Shown piece after piece: positions 25,940 to 38,549 of a stretch of 64,000 nt of DNA. The DNA comes from Eledone cirrhosa (taxonomy: Eukaryota). The notes beneath the pieces are model-generated. The model saw nothing but the letters and a program-made list of their open reading frames with translations, was not told the DNA's origin and did not search any database. The stretch lies in contig OZ024740.1 in assembly GCA_964016885.1 (NCBI GenBank), positions 143,716,001 through 143,780,000 of the forward strand, written 5' to 3'. Within the stretch, counting starts at the first letter, position 1, and each line of letters starts with the position of its first letter. The position numbers and the translations under genes were made by a program.

Positions 25940-26415
25940 TTGCCACTGGGGCATAGATTTCTTTATTTGCCCCTTTTTTGTTTGTTTGTTTTTTTGCGAT
26001 TTATTAGCCTTTTGGGGTCACACACACCCCCGTAGAAAGCGTGCGACCTTTCTGCCAGGGAGTACAGAGAGAGGGGGGTACTCTCTTCTTCTCTTACCTG
26101 TACAAGCCGATATAGAGAGATGGCCCACTTACACGGGCCATTATTGCTACTTTCACTCGAAAAAGGCTCTCAGTCCCAGCTAATTCCATGAAAGATGGGT
26201 GAAAGTAGCAATAATGGCCCGTGTAAGTGGGCCATCTCTCTATATCGGCTTGTACAGGTAAGAGAAGAAGAGAGTACCCCCCTCTCTCTGTACTCCCTGG
26301 CAGAAAGGTCGCACACTTTCTACGGGGGTGTGTGTGACCCCAAAAGGCTAATAAATCGCAAAAAAACAAACAAACAAAAAAGGGGCAAATAAAGAAATCT
26401 ATGCCCCAGTGGCAA
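25940..26415. repeat. Near-perfect long inverted repeat (217-bp arms, 42-bp spacer)
   Basis: 25940-26156 is the reverse complement of 26199-26415; one mismatch seen (26040). Confidence 0.95.
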
Positions 26416-27992
26416 ATAAATCGCAAAAAAAAACCCAATAAATAAATCTATATTTCTTTTAACGGCTAAAAAAAGGGGAATGTAAATTTGTTGGAATAGC
26501 CTCATACATTGAAGTAAGCAGCAACTGCAGCAAGTAAGCGGCATTTAGACAGCTAAAATTGGATATCGCCATATTTTCATTTTATACAATTGTGAAGAAA
26601 TATTATACAAAAAGTGAAAATAGGACAGTTAGGCGGAAGTAGTATGAAAGTGTGGGGGAGAGATAGACAAATGATTGCGACGCAAACGAGTAAGTAATCC
26701 AATTCTCTATAAAACTAAATATATATGTTTCTTTATTTATTTATTTATAAACTAAATATATACATACGTAAACATGTCTTATGTCCGTATTTCTTGCAGT
26801 AATGTTGACTTTCGTGCCTCTTGTAACAAGTGAACGGTTTACTTGTGTTGAATCGTATTTTCTTTCGTTTTCTTTTTATATTTTTATATCCTGGATATAT
26901 TTTTTATCCTGGATGCTGCGATTAGGACGAGAGCCATAGCTTCCGCAGCAGAGCGGAGTAAGACCCTCAAATACTCTGATCTGTCGGTCAGCTACATTTT
27001 TCAGCCTGTGGCTTTCGAGACGTTTGGGGGGAGTCGGACCCCTGACTGCGAGGTTCCTCTCTTCACTGGCGGCTCGCCTAATAGAGGTAACTGGCGAATC
27101 TCGCGAGGGCGCTTGACTGTTCCAGCGCATTATCCTCGCCATCATCCAAGGCAACACTGCGAGTGTGCTGACTTGCCTCAAAAAGTCATTAGAGAGGTTG
27201 CCCAGTACTCCTCGCGACGCTGCTGTCTTTTGCTCTGGTGTTGGCTCGGTTGTTCACCCCTTTCTTTACATTTTCTTTAATATTGCAACATTAAAGGAAT
27301 ATATCCTTCTGAAAGAATCGCGAGCAATTTATAATGTTATCTAAGCATTTGTAATGTTATTATACTGTAAATTTAATTATATGCGCTGTTTATATCATAT
27401 GTGTTCGTATGTTCACTCCATATGTCTAAACCGTGTATAATAACACAATAATATAAACTCATTGAACAAAAATAAAGGAAAGAAAAGGAAGGAAAAAAAG
27501 GGGGGGTTCACCACCAAGTGTGATATTCGGCCAGACCTCACACTATATCAATCATGTAATTTTATTTTGTATATAAATATCATTACAAATAATTAAAAAA
27601 GAGAAAGAAAGGGGAAAGTAAAAAAGAAAGAAAAAACACACATACATCTAGGACCACATACAACCAAAGGCAGGCGAACGAGGTGGACACGAAGAAGATT
27701 CAACACAATAAAATAAGGGCAACTAGTTATATTTATGGATTATACCTCTATTTCAAAGAATTAGAAGCCACGGGTAGAATTAATTTTTGAAGCAAGCCAA
27801 CACTCTATTCGTGCTGCCTTCTAGCTTATTCTAAAGTCTATAGAAAACGTTTGCTGGTGTTGGTTTAAACAGAGCTCCTCGCTCCAAAAACTGTTTAAAC
27901 CAAAACAAAAATCGAATAGATATTTCTGACGCTGTTTTATATGAATGCCCTCATTTATTATAATTCTTTAATGTAATTACAATTCAAGAACA

Positions 27993-28035
27993 TGTTTGAT
28001 GACCCTGTGATAAACAAGTGAAACTCAGAGTAACA
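27993..28035 (+). ncRNA. Degenerate hammerhead motif in a probable Penelope pLTR remnant (about 27720-28230)
   Basis: tgt (T)TGATGA ccctgtgataaacaagt GAAAC tcaga GTA aca; stem I tgt/aca; core C3 mutated. Confidence 0.45.
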
Positions 28036-28275
28036 AGACTCCCTATTTAGCCCTAATAAAATTAACATTATAACTCTACTTCGGCATTGAGTACTCCTTT
28101 CTCTTAGTCGTCAACCACATAGGGATATATATATCCCTATGTCACACGAAGTCGTCTTCCTCACTGATTAACTTTTAAGTTAACACTCTAATCGGTTGGG
28201 TTCGAATTTTAATAATTCCACAACTATATATCTATGTATAAATAAATAAATAATTATTTATTTATTTATTTATTA

Positions 28276-28951
28276 TCTATGTATATATATAAAGTTGTAG
28301 TTCCTGTTTGTTTGTTTGTTCACGAACTCCTCATATGGTTTTCGAGATAGACCCCCTTAACCATATATATTCTGAAACTACATTGCCCAGGGTACTTGGA
28401 TAAGTACATTTTAATCAACCCTCGTTGAAATTTTTTTCCTTTCGATTTATATGAGATTTAAACCATAGGTAAATGACAGGATAAGATGCCTATTCACAAA
28501 AGTTTTGAATTGATATTTTGAAAAAAATTATTTACAAGAAAGAAAATAAGAATAAGATTTAATAATGTAATTTTGATTTGATATATTACAAAAAATAATT
28601 GTTTCTACTTTTGGCACAAAGCCAACAATTATTCCAGTGCATTACTGGTACTTTATTTTATCAACCCCGTAAGGATGAAAGGCAAAGTTAACCTGGCCGG
28701 GATTTGAACTCAGAATGGCAAGGGCCGTAATTCTGCGTCAAAGCATGGCGTCCGACCCTCTACCGATACTGCCAATCCGATATTACAAAAAATAATGTTT
28801 TCCAATTTTTCATGCATTACATTTTACATTGAGTAATATTGAAATGCAGAGTTTTTCTCCATAAAATTATATCACTGATTTAAAATCAATCATCATTTTC
28901 TTACAAAAAAAAATGTGTGAAACGCAGCAAGGCGCGGGTAATTCGGCTAGT
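28276..28951 (+). mobile_element. Helitron/Helentron-like non-autonomous element with a nested SINE (28598-28779)
   Basis: 5' tctatgtatatatataaa plus (gttt)n; 3' cgcagcaaggcgcgggtaattcggctagt. Confidence 0.6.
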
Positions 28952-31349
28952 AAATATATATACTTCGTTTTTGTATTTGTTTTTCTAGATTTATTATCTG
29001 AAAACGTGTGTTGAAATAGATATTGTTATACTTTGGGAGGGTCATTCTGCCAATAAAAACATGCACCTCCTGGTTTTCATTTCAATTTATTATATAAACT
29101 TTCAGTCAGTTCATTTAATAACTGGATGGTTGTTTAGGTCTTGAATTTCAAAGCTTTTCCGGCACACATTCTGTAACTTCAGTGACTACCTTTGTTGTTA
29201 TTTTGTGTCCCGCCTTTGTTCTGTCCTACAGAATTTTGTTTTTGTGAGCTGTGTACTTGGGCTGTGCATGTATTATATCTAGGTTTGTGTGTGTGTGTTT
29301 TTTTCTTTATACGTTTATTTACTTGTCACTAGTTGGTTGATTGTTCTATCTGTGTGTGTCAGTCGAGATGTCATCCTCTGTTCAGTTAAGAAGGCCCCTC
29401 AGCTTTACCACTTTGCTTGGCAAGCTTATCAGGAGCCCTCCTACTTCTCCTTCGGTGACCATTTCATCCTATCTGCCACAGGGGTCTGACGGTGACACGC
29501 TCAGACCAGCTGGGTATTGATGACGTCACCAAGATGGGAGTTGACCTGGATTTGAATGTCTGGTATCTGGATGATGCTTGTTTGGGGTGTTCTCCAGATA
29601 AGATTCATGGAACCGCAAAGACGATTGAGGAACTGAGTTGCAGGGGCTTTCATGTCAACAGTTCCAAATGCGAGCTCTGGTCCCTCAACCACCCAGCTTC
29701 ACATCAACAGACTGTTGACCTGTTTACAGAGTCCTTCCCCTCTATCACGGTTCCTCCCTCATCAGCGTGGTGCTCTCTTGGAGCCCTAATTACTGACCAA
29801 ACCTTCGAGTCCATCTTTCACTCTAAGTTGGCTAATCTTGAGCAAATTTTAAAAAATCTCGAAGCTTCACCAAAGTTTTTTTATACTTATGAATTACATC
29901 AATTCCTAAATTGTTGTATTTCATCAGAATTAGCCCCTCTTACAAAATTTCGTCAACTCTCCAATACTTTTATAGTAATGATACTGGTTATATGAATGTA
30001 ACAAAACGAGACAATGTTTGTGTATATAATATTTAATTAACGGTAGATAGAATACTTGACATGTCAAAGATAGATGTTAGAATGAAACAAAGTTAGTAGT
30101 TACCGTTTTGATTGCCAGGCAAACGCGGCTGGCAGAGGGCGCCTGGCCTTAGCCAGGCGCCTGTTGGCCAAATTAATGGCAGAGCCAAATGAGAAGACTC
30201 TTGACCTGGTGCCGAAAAGGCAAAGAGAGAGGAAGGAAGCTTAACGTTGTTAGTTTTATAGGGCTCTGACCGGAAGTTGCAGAAAGGGTTCCACCTCCCG
30301 CCTAGATCCCAATCAAAACAAGGGAGACAACCGCTACATAACCTCCCGCCAGAATTTTGGTGTATAAAAATCGAAATGAAAATATGTAGCAAGTTGGCGA
30401 GAATGTTGTAACAGGCATGAAAATTACGACAAAAGAATGTTTGAAAAAATCAATGATAGATATCAAGGTAGCCAACCGCTCTTGGCCAGAGAACGACTGG
30501 ACATCCATCTATCCATCACCCAAAGATACAATGTAATAAAGTAAAAGTAATAAAAGAGCTCAAAGTTCAAAATATAGTTCACAGGTGTGCAATCACATGA
30601 CAGCAGGAAAGAAAGTGTGTTCCAGAGAATGAATGCAGGTGGTTTCTGTTCTGTGGTACATCGTGAAATTTCCAACCTCCGAATGGATTTTCTCACAGGA
30701 AGAGTGCTGCAAAAATAAATTCTCTGGCTTTGGTGAAGCTGTGTTGATGTATTGCTGTTGCTGCTGCTGTTGTCTCGCTGAGTGAGCGTATTCGGTGTTT
30801 AAATTCACAGTAAAAAAATTTTTTTTTAGAAAAAAATGAGTTGCGCAAAGTGCTAGAAATAGCAGCCGAAGTTGATGGTCGATGTTGAGAATGCGTTGAC
30901 CTGGAAGGGTCAAGAGGCCAGCGACCAGAGAAATAAGCATTCTTAATAAATGCGCGGTTATCAACGGTAAATTTACATTGTAAATTTATAAACCGGCAAA
31001 TAGAAGAATATAGCTTAAGGCTGAAGAATCCCTGGTGATAAATGGCGTGCGGCTGTCTGTGAGTAAGAGACATCTCAGTGAATCGAGAATTTATGCTGCC
31101 TACACGTGCCAATACAAGGTTGAAAAAAAATATTTCTAACGCGCGAGAAAATGATAGTGCAATTTTGAAAGTGACAATGATGAAAAAGAAAGGCTTCAAT
31201 CAGCATAATTATAGGTGTGAACTTTTGGAAAAAAAAAAAAAACTTGAACGATGAAGAAAACGAAGAACAAAAGGCAATGGTTCATCGAAAATAAATGTTC
31301 CTGTTGAAATGTTTTTTAAAGAATATCAAATTTCTTTTTTTTTTTGTGT

Positions 31350-31525
31350 GTGTTTTGAAAGAGTTCGTTGTAAGAAACGAGAAACATATATATATATCGT
31401 GAAATGTTTTTTTTGTTTTGAAAGTGTTCGTTGTAAGAAACGAGAAACATATATATATATCGTGAAATGTTTTTTTTTGTTTTGAAAGTGTTCGTTGTAA
31501 GAAACGAGAAACATATATATATATA
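31350..31525 (+). repeat. About 61-bp tandem repeat (about 3 units) inside the LTR element
   Basis: gttttgaaagtgttcgttgtaagaaacgagaaacatatatatatatcgtgaaatgttttttt repeated. Confidence 0.85.
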
Positions 31526-31720
31526 TTGGTGAAATGCGACAGTTAATTGATGCGTGAGAGAAAAAGTATGTCTGTGCGAATTCCACATGTGCGTGTGTGT
31601 GTGTCCTTGAGTATTTTCATAGTTTGTCGCTAAATTTGCTGTGTATTCGTAATGTTACTCACAAAACCAGATGTGCTATTTTTTTCTTTTTTTGGGGGTG
31701 ACCACTTATAGCGATGAACG

Positions 31721-31751
31721 GCTGCGTGTTCGTATCACGTCAGGGTTACCA
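31721..31751 (-). promoter_or_regulatory. Primer-binding site complementary to the tRNA-Trp 3' end
   Basis: Minus strand TGGTAACCCTGACGTGATACGAACACGCAGC, versus the eukaryotic tRNA-Trp complement TGGTGACCCCGACGTGATTCGAACACGCAAC. Confidence 0.85.
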
Positions 31752-32639
31752 ATATAGTAATGATACTGGTTATATGAATGTAACAAAACGAGACAATGTT
31801 TGTGTATATAATATTTAATTAACGGTAGATAGAATACTTGACATGTCAAAGATAGATGTTAGAATGAAACAAAGTTAGTAGTTACCGTTTTGATTGCCAG
31901 GCAAACGCGGCTGGCAGAGCGCGCCTGGCCTTAGCCAGGCGCCTGTTGGCCAAATTAATGGCAGAGCCAAATGAGAAGACTCTTGACCTGGTGCCGAAAA
32001 GGCAAAGAGAGAGGAAGGAAGCTTAACGTTGTTAGTTTTATAGGGCTCTGACCGGAAGTTGCAGAAAGGGTTCCACCTCCCGCCTAGATCCCAATCAAAA
32101 CAAGGGAGACAACCGCTACACTTTGATGACTTAATATTCAATGAGCTCAAGGGCTTGGTCAATGTCTCTCTCCAGAATCCCACAACCAGGCTCCCTTGCC
32201 TAAACAGTTTGGAGGTCTGAGAATTGCTATCACTTGATCCTTTTCTTACTCATGTCTGCGATGAACATGACTTATATTCCTTTCTGCATATACTGTAATG
32301 AAACAAAAAACGTTTTTCAGCTATGGCTAGCCACAATGTTCATGCAACACACATGAAAGTTGTTTAGATGAAGCAATGCCTGTGCTTGAAGCTTTTTTAA
32401 GAAAGACCTTGCACTGGGCCAATCCCACTCTGAACAACTGTGATAGGTATCCAGAAACAAGAACAGGTCAACATCATTGGCTGCCATTGAGTCACAGGTT
32501 TTACATCAGTTTTCCTTCTAGAATGATGTCCTAACAAGGCCTAAGGGTCTCACACTTCCGGTGGGCTAAACACACACTCAGGCACCAAACCGAGTACTCA
32601 AAGTACCTGCATATATATTATATTATGTATATATAAGAG

Positions 32640-33900
32640 AGTGTTGTAGTTTGGTTGAAGCATTGTCTGTAGTGTTATTTGAAGGCTATGACAATGCAAA
32701 ATGAATGATAAATTTTTAAAATGAAAGCAAAGAAGATTTTTGTGTTACCTGGTAGTTTATTTATCAGTCTTTATATTTCAGGATTAAAAAAACAAACTAG
32801 TTCAGAGCTGTACATTTTGTTTGTTATAGAATCGCCATCTTACTTTCTTTGTTTGGAAACGATGGTTTATTTATAACTGCCAGAAATGGTGGAAGATTGG
32901 CATTATATGTGGACTACTATATGTGTGTACATTTTTATGTCAAATATAGGTTTCCTCGTAGTGAAGGGCTGGAGAGAGCTAACTGTGTATCTAGTTCCTC
33001 CTTGCAGATCACCATGGTTATTTTTTTGCTGAAGTGTAGTAACTCCAGAAAGCAGGTGTTGGAGGAGGTCTTACATTTCCAGCATTTTGGACCCCGAAGA
33101 CGACTTTTGATGAATGTTGGATATTCATTGGTCTCTAGGAAGTGTGCGGTGTAGGAGACCTGGTCCTCTGCCTTGCTGCATTTTTTTCCAGGAATGTGTG
33201 AATTTATTCTTTATGTATCAGGTTTTAGCACCAATGAGCAAACAGGTCTCTGCAATTGGTTTTTCTGTAGAAGTTATGGATGTCACCTTCTGTTATCCTG
33301 AGTTGGTAGTCAAGTAGAGACAGGGATCCAGGGCAGTTATGGTTTTCTACGCTGAACTACATGTTATCATCCTTGTTTATGAACATGGTAGATATTCCAT
33401 TGGCCTCTTCATCAGAGAATGTGAGTAAGAGTACGTCATCTATGTATCTAGTGAAGAAGGTACAGGAGCGACAGGTGTTGAACGTTTGATGTTCTAGCTG
33501 GTCATGTAGGTGATGGCTAATAGGCCTGAAAGATTGGATCCCATGGGTAGACTTGTTGTTTGTTTGTAGGTGTGGTGATGGAAGGTGAAGTATGTGTTTT
33601 CTACAATACTGATAGGAGGTGGTGAGGCCAAAGTTGTATAGGTCGGAAGAAATGATGCAATCAATCACAAGGTTGACCACTGGGTGAGTGGGTACTGATG
33701 TGTAGGAGACAACATTGAGGCTAAAGGTGTATCTGTTAAGTTTAAGTTGACCTGTATTTGTTAGGAAGTTGTCTTTGCCTACAGATATCAGCCTAGACTC
33801 TGTTAATGTGGTCTTCAATTTGGGTTGATGCTGTCTATTATTTCCGAAATAATCCATTGTTGCTGTGGTATTCAAATACCAGCTTGTTGTAGATGTCACA
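32640..33900 (-). mobile_element. Penelope-like reverse transcriptase relic
   Basis: FSLNVVSYTSVP, FFTRYIDDVLLL, SLLDYQL...FYRK motifs in ORF 33357-33965 and downstream. Confidence 0.75.
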
Positions 33901-34179
33901 AGTGACAATGCAAAATTCTTTCCCTTAATACACAAATTAAGGTACAAAGCAACGTATATATACAAAAATTATGTGTCAGTGTATAAACAGAAACTAAGTA
34001 CATTTCATAATTTCTTTGTTTGTTTTTTGTTTTTTTTATTTTCAATATATAGATACAATAGAAAATAACTTTCTTCCTGTTTCCACCATTCATCTATGGT
34101 TCTTGTGATGTTTTGTGTTCTTCAGATTCACTTGTACAAGATATGTAATTCCTGTCATTTTCTCTGCTGAAAGATGGGG

Positions 34180-34900
34180 CAAACAATGCATGCAAAGACA
34201 AGGTGAACTCTCTAACTGTTAGAATATTTTATATGAATAGACTACACAAAGTTGTGACAAAGTTCTTTGACATGTCTACTACTGCTGGTCCTGATTGTGG
34301 CAAAGCAGAAATAATATATTAAAAATTTCAAGATACCATGGGTCAACTGTGTTGGCTTGGGGGTAGACAATTGCTGCATAAACATGGGACAACCTAATTT
34401 AGTCATGTCTAGAATTCACAATATAAACAGTGCTTGATTTTTATTAAGATACCCTTGTCATCTCATACATGACATTGCTTCCTTTCAGTCAAATTTAAAG
34501 ATGTATGTGGTTTTTGACTTTTGCATTGATCTATTTTACTTTTTGGATAAGAGTACAAAATGAAAGGAGGAGTTAGAAGAGTTTTGTTGCTTTTACGATA
34601 GAGAATATAGGGGAATTTTAAAGAATGTCAACAAGGTGGTTAAGCCTAGAAATGGCAATTAATTGGGTTCTACTTTTTGATGCACTGCAGTTTTTTTCAT
34701 ATCCTGTGATAAGCATCTCAACTTTATATGTTTGAAAGCACCCCTTCTAAACTCTCATGTTAAAAATATATTTACTATTCTATCAGGTTGTTCTGCCATC
34801 TTTCACCAATTTTAATAAAGACCTTTCCATTCACCTGCTAGACTGAATTACATTCTTTTTTGGTAGAAACTTTTAAATAAATTTATAAAGTCGAAAGCTA
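34180..34900 (+). mobile_element. hAT-like transposase relic
   Basis: WVNCVGLGVDN..NMG, YPCHLIH, FYFLDKSTK.KEEL..F, RWLS-like motifs with stops and frameshifts. Confidence 0.6.
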
Positions 34901-34901
34901 T

Positions 34902-36075
34902 CTATCTATATATATAAAACTGAGGATGTGTGTGTGTATGTGCATACCCACATAACTTCCACAGTTTGCAACCGACTTTCTTCAAATTTGGAACAAACAT
35001 GCATTATGTTCCCAGGAGTGTTTTGGACTCATAAAATTTCAAGTTTTTGTCTAATGTGGCCCCTAGATAAATATTAGTTGGTTGCATGAAAACTACACAC
35101 ATACATATACATCTAAAGAGAGAGAGAGAGAGTGAGATAGGCCGTTATACAGAGAGAGATAAAGATATTCAGATAGAGAGAGAGAATGGCGACGAACGCT
35201 GGTTTACACACGCACACACATAAAGAGAGAGATATCTGTGCGTTCTTGATTGTTCTTCATTCTGTAGAGAAAGAGAGAGAAAGATAGAGAGGGTATGAGA
35301 AAAAAGAGAGAGAGGGGTTCAGAAAGAAAGAAAGATTGTAGGGGGTTGGGGAGGGAAGAAAATGATAGCAGCGTTCAATAACTTTAACTTTTATTTATTT
35401 ATTTATTCTTTAGAAACTAAAAAAAAGAATCAATCTGTGGACACAGAAGTAAATATTTTTTTAAATGTTACAACCGAAGGAAACCAGGAAGATAATACTT
35501 TCGTTCGTGAAGATGTTCCCTGGCAATAAATGGGAAAAAAGCGAGGATAATTATGTCGTTGTGTGGGGTGATGAGAACAATGTCTTGCAAAGACAAAAAC
35601 ACATTTATGGTTTAAATGGAGATGTTAGACTTATATTCTATTTAGAATAACTGGATGATTCTCGGCTCCGGAGTTTAAGAATAATGTAAATAAAGTTGTT
35701 AAACGGAAATGACAGAGGTTATTAAAATAGTAAAAGTAAATAATTGTTTTTACCTTTTGGCACAAAGCCAGAAATTATTCCAGTGTATACTGGTACTTTA
35801 TTTTATCGACCCCGTAAGGATGAAAGGCAAAGTTAACCTCAGCGGGATTTGAACTCAGACCATAAAGAGCCGTAACCCTTTGCTGCAAAGCATGGCGTCA
35901 GGCTCTTTACCGATACTGCCAATCCTCCGATTTAGGCCAGTGCATAAATATGCGCTGACGCATACATACGCATCATACATATATATATACACACACAAAT
36001 ATACTTATATGAGCAGCCAGTTTGAACAGAAAAAGATGAGAGAATTCTGGTCAGATATGGTTGGTTTATGCTAGT
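34902..36075 (+). mobile_element. Helitron-like non-autonomous element with a nested SINE (35741-35930)
   Basis: 5' tctatatatataaaac plus (gt)n; 3' ...tttatgctagt; internal part similar to 9010-9120. Confidence 0.5.
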
Positions 36076-36111
36076 GTGGAAGATAGACGTTAAACGATGA
36101 TGATGATGATG

Positions 36112-36345
36112 ATATATATATAATATACTTACATATACACACATATATACATGCACACATACACATATACAGATACACACATACATATACCTACATGTAT
36201 AGGCCTAAAAACATATATATATATACACACATACACAAATTCACATATGTACATACATACATATGCATATATACATATAACACATACACATACATATATA
36301 TATATACATGCATATATACACATATTCATATACATACATACACAT
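36112..36345. repeat. (TA)/(CA) low-complexity microsatellite
   Basis: Compound tatacaca tract. Confidence 0.9.
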
Positions 36346-36530
36346 GACTGCTATTTAATACCCTCTGCTAGTTTTAAGTAGAATATCTTGTTTGAAAGAA
36401 GACTATGTAAAAAAATAAAGAAAATCATATGAGCTGTATGGATGTCTTTATTGGAATTATAACTCTCCTAAAACACAGAGTGAGTTTCTAGAGAATGCAT
36501 CTCTTGTTTTCTGACACTTCCATATATATA

Positions 36531-37600
36531 GGTGAGCTATGAGGCCCTCTTACCAGCACTTTCCCTTCCACCCACACACGTCAGCCACCCACCCCTGATG
36601 CCGCTTGGTGCCCCACACCCCATCCCCCATCCCTCCAAGCTGACACCTGCTGCACTTGCAGCACCACTAACAAACGAAAGAGGGGCCGGAACTGTTTGGG
36701 GTGCGGCTGCTTCCACCACCTCACCTGTGTTGGCTTGACTCGTCGAACTTCCAATGCCCTCGCAGCGTGGAGGTGCAGGAGCTGCCCTTCCCCACGACTT
36801 CCCAGCCACGGCCGTCTGGCACACCACCACATGGGACATGGAGCTTGCCTGACGCCCGAGCCTCGCTGGTCAACATCGCTCGGCTCAGGCGGTTCCGGAA
36901 GATCACACTCAGGATCCCGAGAGCGGCACAGGTGCCGATAGCTGATGCCCTCGCTTCCTCAATTGAGAGCGCCCTGGACTCCAATCGAGCCAGTGACTGG
37001 GAGCGGCTGTTCTATTTCACCCCACTTGCCTTCGGCCTCCCCAGCTCTGGCGCTGAATGGGGCGGCCGGTCAACAGCAGCCTTCGTCAAGGCAATATCAA
37101 ACACCCTGGGCCACCCACTGATCTCAGACCCATACCCCCACCCGACTCCCACTTGCTCCTTGTGGCTTCTGATGCAGACATCAGGTCCTTCCCAGCTAGC
37201 AGCTGTGGAAGTGATGATGGTCTCCGACCAGGCCACCTCAAGGAGTTGACATCCCCCCTCTCCGCTGAGGCCGGGTGCCGCCTTCTGAGTGCAATTGTGG
37301 CGCTCACCAATAGGCTCATCCATGGTGCCCTGGACTCTTACGCCCGAGGCCTCTTTTTTGGGGCCAGCCTCACCGCTCTCAGGAAGAAAGAGGGTGGCAT
37401 ACGCCCCATTGCTGTGGGCAATGTCTTCCGGAGGCTGGCTGCCAAGGTGATCTGCAAGTCCGTAACACACAAACTGGGTGTCGGCATGTCCGGTGGCTGT
37501 GAGGGGGCCGCTCATGCAACCAGGCAGTTCTTCAACAGCTGCCGCTTGGAACCGGCATCCAGGGACTCCAGGCACCTCATTGTCAAGCTTGACATGAGGA
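36531..37600 (+). mobile_element. CRE-clade non-LTR element, 5' half (RT domains 0-3)
   Basis: GC-rich; IRSFPASSCGSDDGLRPGHLKEL, FFGASLTALRKKEGGIRPIAVGNVFRRLAAK, LGVGMSGGCEGAAHATR, VKLDM, then truncated. Confidence 0.88.
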
Positions 37601-38549
37601 GAATCTTTGCCGTTGAATGATGATTTTTTGAGTTGTACAGGTTTTACTTGTAAAGTATACTTTGTTTGAAGTTTTACATGATAAAAATATAGGTTGATGC
37701 TGAAGTAGTTGTGTTTTTTGTTGTTTTCTTAATGTTATATATACATATCACAATGTCCACAATAGCTTATACAGCAAACTATTTCTCACATAATCCATAT
37801 CCATGGGTTCACTTCTCTGAAGCACAAGCCTCATCAGGGGGTTTTGTAAAAGACCAGCAGTTACCCATGCATGCAAGTCTACCCTCTATATGATACCAAT
37901 GTTATCAAAGGCAGAGGCTGGTTACAGCTTGACACTAGTGTTGTCATTTTTCCAGCTAAGTTAACTGGGGCAACATAAAATAAAATGCCTTGTTTGAGGA
38001 CACTATGCTGTCTGGTTCAGGAATTGAACTAATCCACATTCTTCACAAGTTTTAGAAGCGTGTGATAACAAGTCAACTAAACACGGCAAATCTTACTGCC
38101 GAATTGTTGATTTGAGAAATGTAATGTATTCAGTTCATTTTCATGTCGTCTCTACATGTTTCTTGGTCCATTTACCTATCAGTATTTAAACTGTTATTAA
38201 TCTGTTATATGTTTGTATCACTTAGAATATAATCTTTTCAATATTATCGATAAATCTGTCGGACCCTCAAAAATAATCTTCTCGCATTTAAACTCCTATT
38301 ATTTGTTATACGCTCGTTTAACTTTTCAATAATAAAGTTGAATCTGTCAGACCTTTATAAAAATAATCTTCTCGTAAACTTTCCCATTTCTCCCCCCCCT
38401 TCTTTGATAATGTCAAAGGTAAAGATAAATTCACCTCCTGTTGTCGGGCGAGAATGCAAGAACTCCTCTTTATTTCAGGCACGGATGGCCAAAATAATCC
38501 CATCTCCCACACCCCTTCCTGTGCCTCCAACCTATCCCTTCCACCCACC

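Larger units (their letters stand above)
29971..32120 (-). mobile_element. Young non-autonomous LTR retroelement (2150 bp)
   Basis: 368-bp LTRs at 29971-30338 and 31753-32120 differing at one site; CTTT TSD; PBS at 31721-31751; PPT-like ggcgggagg next to the 3' LTR; no pol. Confidence 0.93.
29355..32610 (+). mobile_element. CRE-clade non-LTR element, 3' half (RT domains 4-7 and RLE remnant), split by an LTR element
   Basis: VSRDVIL..AYQEPSYFSFGDHFILSATGV; WYLDDACLG..NSSKCEL; reading continues LQYF|DDLIFNELKGLVNVSL across the insertion; RPKGLTL (RPDG-like) near 32540. Confidence 0.75.

Noticed and set aside
26876-27280. GC-richer island with 90-101-aa ORFs
   Set aside because: No recognisable domain or splice pattern; probably a retroelement fragment I cannot assign.
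30463-31199. Coding ORFs inside the LTR element
   Set aside because: Low-complexity overlapping frames with at most a faint gag-like KPPAF motif; not supportable as CDS.
31721-31751. tRNA-Trp gene
   Set aside because: Only the 3' 31 nt including CCA are present, 1 nt from an LTR; this is a primer-binding site.
35880-36381. His/Tyr/Cys/Val-rich ORFs
   Set aside because: Translations of (TA)/(CA) microsatellite.
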